Source of the DNA: a virus | Lineage: Duplodnaviria > Caudoviricetes | Direction: 5' to 3' (one strand) | DNA: 64,000 nt | IMG/VR virus record: IMGVR_UViG_3300024297_000001 | Shown: piece after piece, positions 1 through 10,400 of the stretch | Layout of the letters: each line of letters starts with the position of its first letter | Position numbering within the stretch: the first letter of the stretch is position 1 | Translations under genes and position numbers: made by a program | Notes under the pieces: generated by a model | What the model saw: the letters and a program-made list of their open reading frames with translations, nothing else | Told to the model about the DNA's origin: nothing | Database searches by the model: none

Positions 1-501
1 AATTCTTTGTGTTCTTCCTGCAGGATTTTCAAAATCAACTGCCTCATTATGTTTAACAATGATCTTTGCATTGCCAACATCTTGGAAACTTGTTTTAGAA
101 GTTCCGTATAGTCTCGATTCACTCATTTGGTTTTCTCCGGGTCTGTTTTTTGAGAGGTAATCGTAATCTCTCTTGTCTAAGTTACTTTTAGTTATATCTC
201 TTGTATCAAAATTCAGCATTCTCTTTTTAGCAAACTGTCGCATTTCTTTCATAAAAGCGTACCAGTTTTGCTTAATAGACTCTGTAGCATCTGTAAGCAA
301 ATCGTTGTTATAAAGCATAGTTAGACTTTTTTCATCTAACGTTACGTTAACTTTATTACCGTTGCTAAACTCAAAATCGAAGAAACGTGCTTTTTCAGGC
401 ACATTTGTAATGGTACTTGCTTCATCACCAATAGTAATCTTGGGATATCTACCTCTGATCTTGTTAAACAGTTCTTCTGCAATTTTTTCCAAGTTTATCA
501 T
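1..501 (-). CDS. Hypothetical protein, truncated at the left window edge (MINLEKIAEELFNKIRGRYPK...); absent from the ORF track
   Basis: ATG at 501-499 followed by an open frame to position 1 (167 codons). ATAAATA lies 5 nt upstream. Confidence 0.8.
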   Translation of the reverse strand, partial: MINLEKIAEELFNKIRGRYPKITIGDEASTITNVPEKARFFDFEFSNGNKVNVTLDEKSLTMLYNNDLLTDATESIKQNWYAFMKEMRQFAKKRMLNFDTRDITKSNLDKRDYDYLSKNRPGENQMSESRLYGTSKTSFQDVGNAKIIVKHNEAVDFENPAGRTQRI

Positions 502-506
502 ATTAA

Positions 507-513
507 TATTTAT
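507..513 (-). promoter_or_regulatory. T4-type late promoter ATAAATA, 5 nt before ATG 501
   Basis: ggATAAATAttaatATG on the minus strand. Confidence 0.65.
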
Positions 514-514
514 C

Positions 515-2104
515 CTAATAGACGCCTGTTACAAATATAGGCATAGGCGCCTCATATTCCTGATCTGCATCCAATTGTCTGAATGTATTGTACACTCTTG
601 GATCCCAATCCTTTAAAACTTCCATCATGCGTATGTTCAATAGCACTGCACTTACAAGATCGTCAGTTTCACCTGGCTTTGCTTTGAAACTTGTGCCTGA
701 TGCTACATAGCCTTTCATTTCTGATATCAATGCTTTGCTGTTTATCTGCATTTTGTCATTCTCAACCATGTTCTTGAACTTAGAACAAGCACTGATTTTA
801 CTTCTATGTGTAGTGTTAAATCCTTTACGGAACTTTCTAATGTGTCCTTTACGTATTGGTTCACTTACAAATAGTCCTGGTATGTTTTCTTCGCCTACAT
901 CATTTACAACTAACAATGCCGCTTCACCAATAGTATTGTTTTCAATGCTCCAATAAATGTTGTTTGCATTTGGTGCTCTACATTCAGCATTGATATAATC
1001 TGCAATATCTTTTAAAACTCTAATTTGTCCTGGTATAGGTGTAGTATTGTGTCTCCACTCTGCAACTTGTTTGTAACTTGGTAATTCAAATACTTGTATC
1101 GCGGCATAGTCTCCACCTGTACCCATGCTTGGATCTAAACTAATACAATATGTTTGATCCCTTTCAAGTTTTTTGTACCAACGTGTCTGCCCCATATTCT
1201 CAACAGGTTCATTACCTTCAAGTCCTGCTAACTTAATACTATTAATAAGTGTTTCGTCAAATACTAAGAATTCACAACCATACTCACGTCTAAATCTTTC
1301 TTCGCCAATACGACCAATCTCTGCTTTTTTCCATGCTTCATCTCTGTCTGGGTGTTCTTCCCACTTAACAGTAAAACCATGAAATCCGTTTATACCTACT
1401 TCGCTTTCATTACCATGTTCATCAAATTTGTTTTGACTTTCTTTCCATATAGTAGCAAAAGTATCTTCGTCTGAGTTAGGTGTGCTTGTAAGAATAGCAC
1501 GACCACCTGTTGCAAGTGTAGGAGATATTGAAGTCCAAAATTCATCTGCAATAGTAGGTTGCACAAACGCAAACTCATCACAGTATAGTAATGATATGGA
1601 CATACCACGTCCTGTGTTTCCTGTTGTAGTAGCACTTACAATTCTACTTCCGTTTTCAAATTCAATTGAACCTTTGTTGTAGTTTGTAACACCTGCTCTA
1701 ATATGATCAGGACACATTTCGTAAACGTATCTAATACGTTGCATAATTTCTTGAGCACCTGTATACTTGTGTGCCGCAATAAGAATAGTTTGGTCTGGAT
1801 GAAACATTGCGTACCAGGCAAGGTACACAGCCGCACAGGTTGTCTTACCTGTTTGTCTTGGTAACATATTAATATTGAATCTATGATTGTGATAACTGTG
1901 CATCAATCCTACTTGGTACTTGTAAGGATCAAATAACAATTTTCCTTTGACTGGATGTTGGATATATGCAAAGTTACTTGCGAAATATAAGTAACCTTGA
2001 TTATCATCAGTACAAAGCATCAGATCATTGATCTGTTCATTTGTATATGTTTCTCTTGTATTAGCCTTTTTGGTTAATACGCCATCTAAACTTTTATTTG
2101 CCAT
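515..2104 (-). CDS. gp17: Terminase large subunit (T4 gp17-like); probable start at ATG 2104 (MANKSLDG) rather than TTG 2122
   Basis: Walker A region LPRQTGKTT, Walker B LLYCDEFAF, motif III TSTPN, RNase H-like nuclease SLDPSMG...DDLVSA. The extension to 2122 runs through a TAAATA motif and into a terminator. Confidence 0.95.
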   Translation of the reverse strand: MANKSLDGVLTKKANTRETYTNEQINDLMLCTDDNQGYLYFASNFAYIQHPVKGKLLFDPYKYQVGLMHSYHNHRFNINMLPRQTGKTTCAAVYLAWYAMFHPDQTILIAAHKYTGAQEIMQRIRYVYEMCPDHIRAGVTNYNKGSIEFENGSRIVSATTTGNTGRGMSISLLYCDEFAFVQPTIADEFWTSISPTLATGGRAILTSTPNSDEDTFATIWKESQNKFDEHGNESEVGINGFHGFTVKWEEHPDRDEAWKKAEIGRIGEERFRREYGCEFLVFDETLINSIKLAGLEGNEPVENMGQTRWYKKLERDQTYCISLDPSMGTGGDYAAIQVFELPSYKQVAEWRHNTTPIPGQIRVLKDIADYINAECRAPNANNIYWSIENNTIGEAALLVVNDVGEENIPGLFVSEPIRKGHIRKFRKGFNTTHRSKISACSKFKNMVENDKMQINSKALISEMKGYVASGTSFKAKPGETDDLVSAVLLNIRMMEVLKDWDPRVYNTFRQLDADQEYEAPMPIFVTGVY

Positions 2105-2120
2105 TGTATAGTATTTACTC

Positions 2121-2148
2121 AAAAAAATAGGACCCGAAGGTCCTATTT
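2121..2148 (-). terminator. Rho-independent terminator
   Basis: Minus strand ATAGGACC-TTCG-GGTCCTAT followed by a T run (cUUCGg tetraloop). Confidence 0.9.
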
Positions 2149-2177
2149 GAGTTTACTTGAGTAAAAGTAATTTTATA

Positions 2178-2564
2178 TTATGTGGCTATTAATGTTGCCG
2201 CAACTGTTACTAATGTACCGCTTGTATCAATGTTGTTAGGTCCAACTGCTGTTACTGTGCTTGTTGGATAGTTTGCCGCTGTTCCAATTGTTCTAATACG
2301 TGTTTGTAAGTCTGCCGCTGATGCTTGATTATCACACACAACAGTCATTGTGCCACTGTTGTCGTCTGTAGTACAATAAATTAAAGGATTAATTTCTTTA
2401 CAAATTTGCTCAACTGTTTCGTTAATAGCATCGTCTTCACCTCTTAGATCAACTGCTGTACCGTTTGCAATTTTTACTAAAATTTTAAATGGAATAGCAC
2501 CTGGGAAAAAAACATTTCCTGCTGTTGATAATCCTGATCCGTGTACTCTTGTTATTCCAGCCAT
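2178..2564 (-). CDS. Hypothetical protein (128 aa), possibly an abundant virion protein
   Basis: ORF with SD (AGGAGAG) followed by a strong terminator; no recognisable motif. Confidence 0.6.
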   Translation of the reverse strand: MAGITRVHGSGLSTAGNVFFPGAIPFKILVKIANGTAVDLRGEDDAINETVEQICKEINPLIYCTTDDNSGTMTVVCDNQASAADLQTRIRTIGTAANYPTSTVTAVGPNNIDTSGTLVTVAATLIAT

Positions 2565-2574
2565 CTATCTCTCC

Positions 2575-3408
2575 TTAGTGTCCGCCGCAACTACTTGCGT
2601 ATAATTTTTCAAGTTGTTTTGCTTCGCAACCCATTTCAGTATATTTCTTCATGATATCTGCTTTAGACATACCTTTGTCTGCACATTTTTTCATTTCTTT
2701 ACCGCTTGGTAATTGTACTTTTTTACCTTCGCCTTCTTCAATACTTTCTTTTTTAGCATCTTTATCTTTGATTGCTTTTTTCATTGGCTCTTTTTTGTCG
2801 CCATCTTTGTCCATATCTAAGAAGTCTGGTTTTGCTTTTGCTTCGTTTGTTTCTAAATCAGCAACACGGTCTTCATCACATTCGCATGGATCTTCTTTAC
2901 AATCATCACATTCTTCTTCGTTCATAAACTCTGAAAGTTTAGCAGAAAGTTCTGCACGTAACTCATCTTCAAGTGCCATTGGATTATCTCCGCCTGCAAC
3001 TTTTGGATAAGATTTTTTCTGTGCGCCATCGTGTCCTGTAGCAATGTCTTTTGTCATAAAGTTATGGTCTTGATATTTTTCATCTGGTGAATTATCATAG
3101 TCGCCACTTGCTTCAGTGTCAGTGTCATCACAAGCCATGTCGTCCATTGGCTTTGGTTCGTCACTTACAAGACTCATCATTGATTTCATGTCATCATGTG
3201 GATCCATTGGACCCATCATAGGTGCTTTAGGTTTGATTGCAGTTGGAATGTCTGCAATATCACTTGCACCTTCTTTGCCTTTTAAAGCATTCATTAATTT
3301 AATTACGTCTTCAGCATTATCGCCTGACATATTAATTGACGCCGACGCCGCTTCATTCATTGCTTCGTCCAACGCTACTATTTTTTTGTAAATTTCGTTT
3401 AATTTCAT
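2575..3408 (-). CDS. Acidic, low-complexity protein with a DxDxDG loop; possible prohead core/internal protein
   Basis: D/E/K/M-rich; DFLDMDKDGDKKE motif; N-terminal LDE-A resembles a gp21 cleavage site. Confidence 0.5.
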   Translation of the reverse strand: MKLNEIYKKIVALDEAMNEAASASINMSGDNAEDVIKLMNALKGKEGASDIADIPTAIKPKAPMMGPMDPHDDMKSMMSLVSDEPKPMDDMACDDTDTEASGDYDNSPDEKYQDHNFMTKDIATGHDGAQKKSYPKVAGGDNPMALEDELRAELSAKLSEFMNEEECDDCKEDPCECDEDRVADLETNEAKAKPDFLDMDKDGDKKEPMKKAIKDKDAKKESIEEGEGKKVQLPSGKEMKKCADKGMSKADIMKKYTEMGCEAKQLEKLYASSCGGH

Positions 3409-3410
3409 AA

Positions 3411-3986
3411 TTAACTCCCTATTGGACTTTTGGTTCCGATATCAGCGGTTGCGTCCATCTGTTTTTTATCTGTAGCACCTTCTTCAGGTAACTCAATTGC
3501 TTTACCAGTAAATCTTTCTTTAGATGCAGTTTCTAACTCTTTAAGTAGGTCCATAACTCTGTTACTGCCTACATCTTTTTGAGCACTTTCACCACCCATA
3601 TCTTCTTTAGTAAGTTTTGTTTCATATGGTGCATTTTGATCAACTTCTTGATATAACTCTTGAGGTTCGTTTGGATTACGTACTACTATGTGTGATTGCG
3701 GAATACCTAATTGGTAACCTAAGTACTCTTGTAACATTTCAGTGTGTGTAGGGTATGTTACTTCGCACTCGTAGTAAGTTACTTCTTCATTCTGCAATGC
3801 AGGAAAGTCCAACGGACGTTCTTGGATTGGTGTTTTCTTACCCGGCGTACAGTTTTGTACACCAAATTTTCTTAGAGCAGTTTCTAACTTGTCTGCTATA
3901 CCTGTGTTATCACCAGCAATACCAATTTTAAAAGGATAAACTTTACCATTGTATGCTTCTGTTAAATAATCGCTATATTTTTTCAT
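3411..3986 (-). CDS. Hypothetical protein with a capsid-targeting-like N-terminus
   Basis: MKKYSDYLTE-A resembles the T4 internal-protein leader MKTYQEFIAE; ATAAATA at 4009-4015. Confidence 0.5.
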   Translation of the reverse strand: MKKYSDYLTEAYNGKVYPFKIGIAGDNTGIADKLETALRKFGVQNCTPGKKTPIQERPLDFPALQNEEVTYYECEVTYPTHTEMLQEYLGYQLGIPQSHIVVRNPNEPQELYQEVDQNAPYETKLTKEDMGGESAQKDVGSNRVMDLLKELETASKERFTGKAIELPEEGATDKKQMDATADIGTKSPIGS

Positions 3987-4007
3987 AATTGTGTTTTCCC
4001 TACTAAA

Positions 4008-4505
4008 CTATTTATCCATGTTCTTGAGTTTTTCTAACAAACTATTACGGTCTGTAACTACATATCCTTCGCCTGAAACAACGCCATCTGGTGAATCTCC
4101 ACCATCTTTATCCTGTTTTTCCTTCTTAAGTTGTAGTTCAACCATTTTAAGTTTCTTGTCTAATTTTGCAACTTTAGCATCAAGGTTAGTTTTTAGCATA
4201 TTACCTGCTACTTCAAACACCCTACCACTATATCTGCTTTCAACATTCATACCCAAGTCCATTAGATCTTCATATGCATTCATAGACTTCTCAGCAACTT
4301 CGTTTAGTTCCTTATCTGCTAATTCGCCTAAGCCTTTCACTTGTGGTAATGCCGCAGTAATTTTATCCATCTCAGCAATACTACGTTGAGTTTCTTCATG
4401 CTCTACAATAGCATGTTTCTTTTCTGCTTTAGCAGATTGTTCCTTGTCTTTCTGAACAATCTCTTTGCTGTCTGGCATATTAAGTAATTCTTCTAATTTC
4501 TTCAT
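4008..4505 (-). CDS. gp16: Terminase small subunit-like (T4 gp16-like)
   Basis: AYEDLMDLG...RVFEVAGNMLKT resembles the gp16-family helix motif (RAYEVAGQLIKT type); coiled-coil character; lies near gp17. Confidence 0.55.
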   Translation of the reverse strand: MKKLEELLNMPDSKEIVQKDKEQSAKAEKKHAIVEHEETQRSIAEMDKITAALPQVKGLGELADKELNEVAEKSMNAYEDLMDLGMNVESRYSGRVFEVAGNMLKTNLDAKVAKLDKKLKMVELQLKKEKQDKDGGDSPDGVVSGEGYVVTDRNSLLEKLKNMDK

Positions 4506-4535
4506 ATTTTGGATTCCATTAAATGCTACTATTAT

Positions 4536-4976
4536 TTAGCCTTTGCGTTGGCCAGAGTGGAACATATCCTTCTCTGTAACAACCCTAAAAAAGATGCCTT
4601 TATCCTTGCACCATGCCCTTGCGGCCTGCCATTTAGCCATGTTTAGTGCAACAGCCATTTGCTTTTGTTTATTTCTGCCTGCACTTTCCATAGTTGTTTG
4701 ATTGTCTGGCTTAACTTCTATAACTTCTGCACGTTGTTTACCATTCTTATCCATGTAACTAATAAAGAAGTCTGGTACATACACCGTTGCTTTTCCTGTG
4801 AAAGGATTTACATAAGGTATCTTTACTGCTTCACTTGCCCACTTGGCAACGTTAGGATTTTCATCGCAGAATTTCATAAATGCGAATTCCCAACTTGATC
4901 TATATAATGGTGTTTTGCGACCGATATACTTGTCTGGAAACTTTAAGTTGTAACGTCCTTGGGCGTACTTGGCCAT
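4536..4976 (-). CDS. gp4: Head completion nuclease (T4 gp4, TnsA-like)
   Basis: YRSSWEFAFMKFCDENPNVAKWASE..IPY..P.....YVPDF...IEVKP. Confidence 0.85.
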   Translation of the reverse strand: MAKYAQGRYNLKFPDKYIGRKTPLYRSSWEFAFMKFCDENPNVAKWASEAVKIPYVNPFTGKATVYVPDFFISYMDKNGKQRAEVIEVKPDNQTTMESAGRNKQKQMAVALNMAKWQAARAWCKDKGIFFRVVTEKDMFHSGQRKG

Positions 4977-4977
4977 G

Positions 4978-5343
4978 TTACACTCCTATGTTTCGTGCTT
5001 CAGTCCTGTTTTGTATGTCAACTACTCTGTAACCTAATGTACTAATTTTTTCTCTGTTATAGTTTAGTACTTCTGTTACAACACTACTCAACTGAACACT
5101 GTCTGTTTTCTTTAGAGTATCAAGTAATTCAAAAACATTTACGTCATCAAGTTTTGCTTGTTGTAACATTACTGTTCCTACAGCAATGGCAGAAGTTTTT
5201 TCAAATCCTCTGCTTGTAAAAAATCCTATTACAGCATCAACTTGGTTAGTAGGAAAATTAATAAAGTCAGTAAAATACTGATTGTAAAATCTCTTTACAT
5301 CATTTGAACTATCATCTTTTACTACTTTAGGTAGGTTACTCAT
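4978..5343 (-). CDS. Hypothetical protein (121 aa)
   Basis: ORF tightly packed between its neighbours. Confidence 0.6.
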   Translation of the reverse strand: MSNLPKVVKDDSSNDVKRFYNQYFTDFINFPTNQVDAVIGFFTSRGFEKTSAIAVGTVMLQQAKLDDVNVFELLDTLKKTDSVQLSSVVTEVLNYNREKISTLGYRVVDIQNRTEARNIGV

Positions 5344-6710
5344 TATCCTGTCCTTACAATGTTAGGCAAGTTAGCAAGTGTTTTGCTATTTGCCGCTTCT
5401 TTATATGCCGAACTTGCAGTGTCCCATGCGGCGTTAATCGCATTGACACTTGCATCACCCCCTGCGGCTAAATGATCTTTTTTGTGTGTTGTTGATTTAG
5501 ATAAGTCTGCTAACTTGTCTGGATTGTCTTGAAGTTCTTTTGTAACGTCTGCAAGACTTGTACTCTGTACTGCTTTTTGTATTGCCGCCACAGCACTTAC
5601 ACCAGCAACTGCTGTTGCAACATCTTTTAGTGATCCACTGCCACTACCTTTAGGAAAAAATGTATTTGCAACTCCGCCAACATTTATTCCGCCAACATCT
5701 CCAATGGCTCCTTTAATAATTCCAAAGCCTTCTTGTCTAATTCCGTCTTTAGATAAATCCTTAACATTTCTTGCAGTGTTGGCCGCTTTTAAAACTGTAC
5801 CTAACAATGCTCCTGGTGACTTAAATGCATCGCCTGATGTAATATCTCCAAACACATCTGCCGCACCTGATGCAACACCACCAACACCAAATAGACTTGA
5901 TGTTCCGCCTCCACCTAATGAAAGTGGACTTGGTGTTTTATCATAATGTTCTGTTGCAAAACCTTTTGGTGCTGTACCTTCTGACACTGCACCTCTTGTG
6001 TACCATACTGTTTCAAACTGAACACTCATTGTACTTTGTGCAACACCGGCACCATCTGTTTGATCCATTGTGTCATGTTGCCAACTATTAATAATAGGAT
6101 TGACAAGTGTAAATGCTGTATAACGTTTACGTGACATTTGATATACAACAATGCTATCAAAGAAAGGATCTATACTATCGTTATCAAAACCATATCTATA
6201 TTTCGACTGTGGAGAGTTTGCATCAGCAAATGTGTTTGCTCTGTTGTATGCAGAAGCAGTCGTGTTAGGACTTCCTGCTGTATCAGTTGATGCATAGTTT
6301 CCATCTTTAAAATAATATCTGTAGTATGCTTCCCACATTGCAGTTGTAAGACCATAGTTGTCATCATGGAAAGTAAAATTACAAGGACTGTAGTCTATGC
6401 GTTTTTGTAAAATTCTTTTTCTATTGTATTGATGTTTTACTTCTGTAGTAACATCAAACTTAGGCAAGTCAACACTCTTAACTAACATATTAATAGTGTT
6501 ACTGTGTTTCTCTGATAGTTGTGGAATAATTGAAGAAGCCTTTCTATTAATGTTGAATGCAACATGATAAAGAAACTTACTCTTAGGTGCATACTTAAAT
6601 GCATCATCTACATATAATCTTGAAGCATGTTGATAGTCTGCAAGGTTACCTTTTGGACTTAATGCTCCAGATACTAAATTGTCAAGAAATGGGGTTAACT
6701 TATTTGCCAT
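5343..6710 (-). CDS. Tail tube-family protein (gp19/gp54-like N-domain) with a long Gly/Ala-rich C-terminus
   Basis: KSVDLPKFDVTTEVKHQYNRKRILQKRIDYSPCNFTFHDD and INSWQHDTMDQ match the tail-tube fold; adjacent to gp19. Confidence 0.55.
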   Translation of the reverse strand: MANKLTPFLDNLVSGALSPKGNLADYQHASRLYVDDAFKYAPKSKFLYHVAFNINRKASSIIPQLSEKHSNTINMLVKSVDLPKFDVTTEVKHQYNRKRILQKRIDYSPCNFTFHDDNYGLTTAMWEAYYRYYFKDGNYASTDTAGSPNTTASAYNRANTFADANSPQSKYRYGFDNDSIDPFFDSIVVYQMSRKRYTAFTLVNPIINSWQHDTMDQTDGAGVAQSTMSVQFETVWYTRGAVSEGTAPKGFATEHYDKTPSPLSLGGGGTSSLFGVGGVASGAADVFGDITSGDAFKSPGALLGTVLKAANTARNVKDLSKDGIRQEGFGIIKGAIGDVGGINVGGVANTFFPKGSGSGSLKDVATAVAGVSAVAAIQKAVQSTSLADVTKELQDNPDKLADLSKSTTHKKDHLAAGGDASVNAINAAWDTASSAYKEAANSKTLANLPNIVRTG

Positions 6711-6715
6711 ACTAA

Positions 6716-6722
6716 TATTTAT
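6716..6722 (-). promoter_or_regulatory. Late promoter ATAAATA, 5 nt before ATG 6710
   Basis: agATAAATAttagtATG. Confidence 0.65.
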
Positions 6723-6747
6723 CTAAAAAATAAAGTGGGTATAGAAT

Positions 6748-6772
6748 AAAAAAGGCGCACTCGGCGCCTTTT
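6748..6772 (-). terminator. Rho-independent terminator after the tail tube gene
   Basis: AAAGGCGC-CGAGT-GCGCCTTT followed by TTT on the minus strand. Confidence 0.8.
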
Positions 6773-6802
6773 CTACGTTTATTTTAAAACTCTTAAACTT
6801 GA

Positions 6803-7432
6803 TTATACTGCGCCACCGCCAGTAACAAGTGTGTTGATAGTTCTGCCTACAGCAGTACCAATACCTGTTCCTTGTGGTGTTTGTATCGCATTATCGTATC
6901 TAATACTTAATGCAACACTAACTACTTCTGATGTCGCGTATGCTAATTGATTGTAGTTTGCACTTTCTAAATAACAACCGTATAACTCAAATGTTTCAAG
7001 CACATTAACTGTGTTTGCACCGTTACCACCATCTAAAATTTCAATACGTGTAACGAATTTGTAGTCCGCGCCTGATGCCGCACCTGATTGTTCAAAGAAA
7101 TCAAACTGTTTCTGCAACTGCTCGCCAACAAGTTTCTGAACGTTGTTACTTACATCTTCACGTAAGTTTAATGTAATTGGTTCCCAAGTATGTTTTCCTG
7201 CAAGGAATACTTTTGAGTTGTATACATCAAGTGTAATCTGTTCAAAAGTTACGTTAGGTCTTGTTACATCGACAACCTGTTTAGTTAACTCTGTAGTTGG
7301 TGTTGACACTCCAAAATTTTCCAGTGACACCCTGAAGCGGTACTGCAATTTTGGCATTAACAAACCTTGTGAACCTGCACTCGCGTTGCTGTCCAAAGGT
7401 ACTGTTAGTCTTGAAAGTGATGAAATTGCCAT
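6803..7432 (-). CDS. gp19: Tail tube protein (T4 gp19-like)
   Basis: LQYRFRV...TRPNVTFEQITL...AGKHTWEPITLNLRED...FELYGCY...SIRYD; directly downstream of the sheath gene; SD AGGAG and late promoter at 7453-7459. Confidence 0.85.
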   Translation of the reverse strand: MAISSLSRLTVPLDSNASAGSQGLLMPKLQYRFRVSLENFGVSTPTTELTKQVVDVTRPNVTFEQITLDVYNSKVFLAGKHTWEPITLNLREDVSNNVQKLVGEQLQKQFDFFEQSGAASGADYKFVTRIEILDGGNGANTVNVLETFELYGCYLESANYNQLAYATSEVVSVALSIRYDNAIQTPQGTGIGTAVGRTINTLVTGGGAV

Positions 7433-7463
7433 TTATTTGCTCCTATTACTTTTATTTATCATA

Positions 7464-10400
7464 TTATAGGCCCGCTATTTCTCCAGTGTTTTTAAGTCTT
7501 AATGGAATGTAAATAAACTCCACTGCTTTCACTGGTTCAATTGCAATGTCTACATAAAGTTCGTTTCTATCAATTCTTGATGGAGTGTTGTTACTTTCGT
7601 CACACACTACTAAGAAATCATATAACGCTCTTTGTCCTACAAGCTCAAGCATTAAACTATCTGCTTGTTGTTTGATCTCGTCTCTTGTGATCTTATCGTT
7701 AGGCTCAAAAATGTAAGGCTTCGCAAGTTTGTTTAACTGTCCACGTAAGTAAATTACTAAACGTGCAACGTTAATTCTATCTAAAGAACTTGCATTCTTC
7801 GCTCTTGTCTTTTGACCAAAGTTAACAAGACCTGCACCAGTTAAGAATGTTACTGGGTTAACCTTGTTACTGTACAATGTATCTCTTTGACCTTCGTTAA
7901 GAGCAACTGTTTTAAACTCGCCTTCGTTATCAATAAAGCCTGCACTTGAAGCGTTAGTAATTCCACCACGTCTTGTTCCTGCTGGAGCAAACCATGGGTA
8001 ACTAACTTGATCACTTAATGCAATAGTTCTAAGTATACCATGTGATGCTGGAACAACTACGTTGTTACCTGCATTGTCACTTGTGAATAAACTTGGATAA
8101 AACACACCTAAGTATTCGTCACTTGTTACTAATCCATTGTCGTTATCTTCAACAGCACCGTTAACGTTTGTTGCCCAGTTGTTAATTCCTGTGGCATCAC
8201 TTGCTAATCTCATTGGAGAGTCACCAACAACAAATGCTGTTAAGCCTCTGTCATTGTTCAATGTAACCATTTCACCAATCAGCTCTGGATAACCAGGTGT
8301 TGCTAATAAGTTAAAGATTCTTGATTCGTTATCTCTAATGTCTTGGTTGCTGTTCATCATTGCCTGTAATGCTTGTACAACAACTTTACGCTGTGCCTTA
8401 CGACCGAATGTACCTGAACCATCTGCTTGGTTAGCACTTTCAGTTACCCATCTGTGTGGATAGTAAGACGCCATTGACTCGTCGCCAGTACGTGCATTAT
8501 CTTCTGCAAGATCGATTGAATTACGTACAAATTTCTTAACGTTAAATCCAGAACGTCTTAAGTTCCATAACAACATACCTTTTGGATATAGTGCTGGATC
8601 TGGAGCATCTGGGTCTAAGTAATTACTTGCCGCTAAATCTGCAATAGTACCTGCTGATCCACTGTTAACACCTGAAGTGTTATAACGTGCATCACTAAAC
8701 AACACACCATTCTCTGTAGTCTGGTCTGTGCTATCTCTTAATACCCATTTCAATGTAGTTCCATTGTATTGGTAAATTACTGGATAGTTTTCTAAGTCTG
8801 CTGTACTAACCCAAAGGTCGCCATTTACAAGTGCTGAACCATCTGATTGTGTAGTTGGTTCTGTTGCACTAACAATTGGACCATTTGGTGAACTGTTTGG
8901 ATATCCTGAAGAACTGTCTTGGTAACCTACCCAAGTAGTTCCGTTGTGTAACATAATATCAACTTCGTCAACAACTGAGTTGTACCATAATTGACCATCA
9001 AGTGCTAATGCACTCGGTGCATCATCGCCTGCTGTGTATGATAGTACTTGCCAGTTTGAAGCCATATACTGTTTAGGATTAGTTGAACTGTCTGTTCCTG
9101 GTACATAGTATAAGTTTGCTGTACCTGTGTTTGCATCAACATAAGGAGTAAATCCTGCTAATGTTAATCCACCATCTGTATCAACAATTCTAATTTCTCC
9201 ACCATCGTTGTGTTCAATAACAATTCTGTTTGAAGCGTCTACACTTGCTACAATGTTAGTAAATCCAGCACTGTTAATTTTTCCTGCAATTTCTTCAGCG
9301 TCTGCCGCCGCGCCTGTTGCATTTGTACTAACTGTTACTGCCGCACTCATTGTTGCTGAGTTTGTAGTTGACTCACTCATTGTAAATGTGTAAGTACCGC
9401 TTGAAACTTGATCTGCGATAATTGCTGATGAAATCTTAGTAGATCCAGTAGCAACTCTTTTAAAGATTTTAAAGTCATACTCAACATCTGCTGATTCAGT
9501 AACGTTTGTTTGTGCATAGTAAGTATCAACTGAAAGGTTTACACCTCCGCCTGTTGAATCTAAGTTTTTCAATGCTGTTGCGTTATCTGCATATAATGGA
9601 ACACTCTTGTTGTCCCATAGTTCAGTAGTTCCATTCCACTCTTTAACAGAAAGTTTAGCACCTAAGTTTGCGTCAGTAGTTTTAAACCAAATACTTCCGC
9701 TTGGTCTTGGTGTTGTGTCTGTTGTTTTGTATTCTGGAACACCAGTGTGAGGTGCTATTTCTAATTTAGGTGCATTGTAAGTTGCCGCTGTTAAACCTAA
9801 TTCAGCCGCTAAACCTGTACCGTCTGCAATTACAAGAGCAACACCAGTTGAGAAAATGTTCAATCTGCTGTTTACTGCACTTGCTGTTACGCCTGCAATA
9901 CCTGCACCATTAATATCACTAACAACATCTGCTAATGCTGTGCCTGATGCTGTAATTGTGTTACTATTAATAGTTAAAGTTTTACCACCTGTTACAGTTG
10001 GATTGCTTGTTGCCGCAACTGCTGTTGGCCAACTTGCCTGCCATGCGTCAGTTCCAACTTTAACCCAAGTACCACTTGTGTTTTTGTAGTACGTTTTGTT
10101 AATTGTAGTTGTTGCCACTGTTGCATAGTCACCAATTTTACCAACTGATGCTAAAGGAATACCAGTTGCTTGTCCGCCTACTAATTTAGTTGCGTCTGTA
10201 ATTACTGTTGGTGTTTTTAATGTAAATGTTTGACCACCTGTTGCTGTAGCAGGATTGCCATTCCATTCAAAAATGCCCATTCTACTAATTTGCGTATCAA
10301 ACCAGTAAGTTCCATCAGCCGGATCAGCCGCTGGTGCATTCGCAGTTGCTTGAAGTTCGTTCAAGTCAATGTCTGCTCTTACAACAAAAGCTCTGTTGGA

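Noticed and set aside
515-2104. Intein or intron in the terminase, capsid or sheath genes
   Set aside because: gp17 and gp23 are of ordinary or short length with contiguous motifs. The sheath insert lacks C/S...HN splice motifs and LAGLIDADG blocks.
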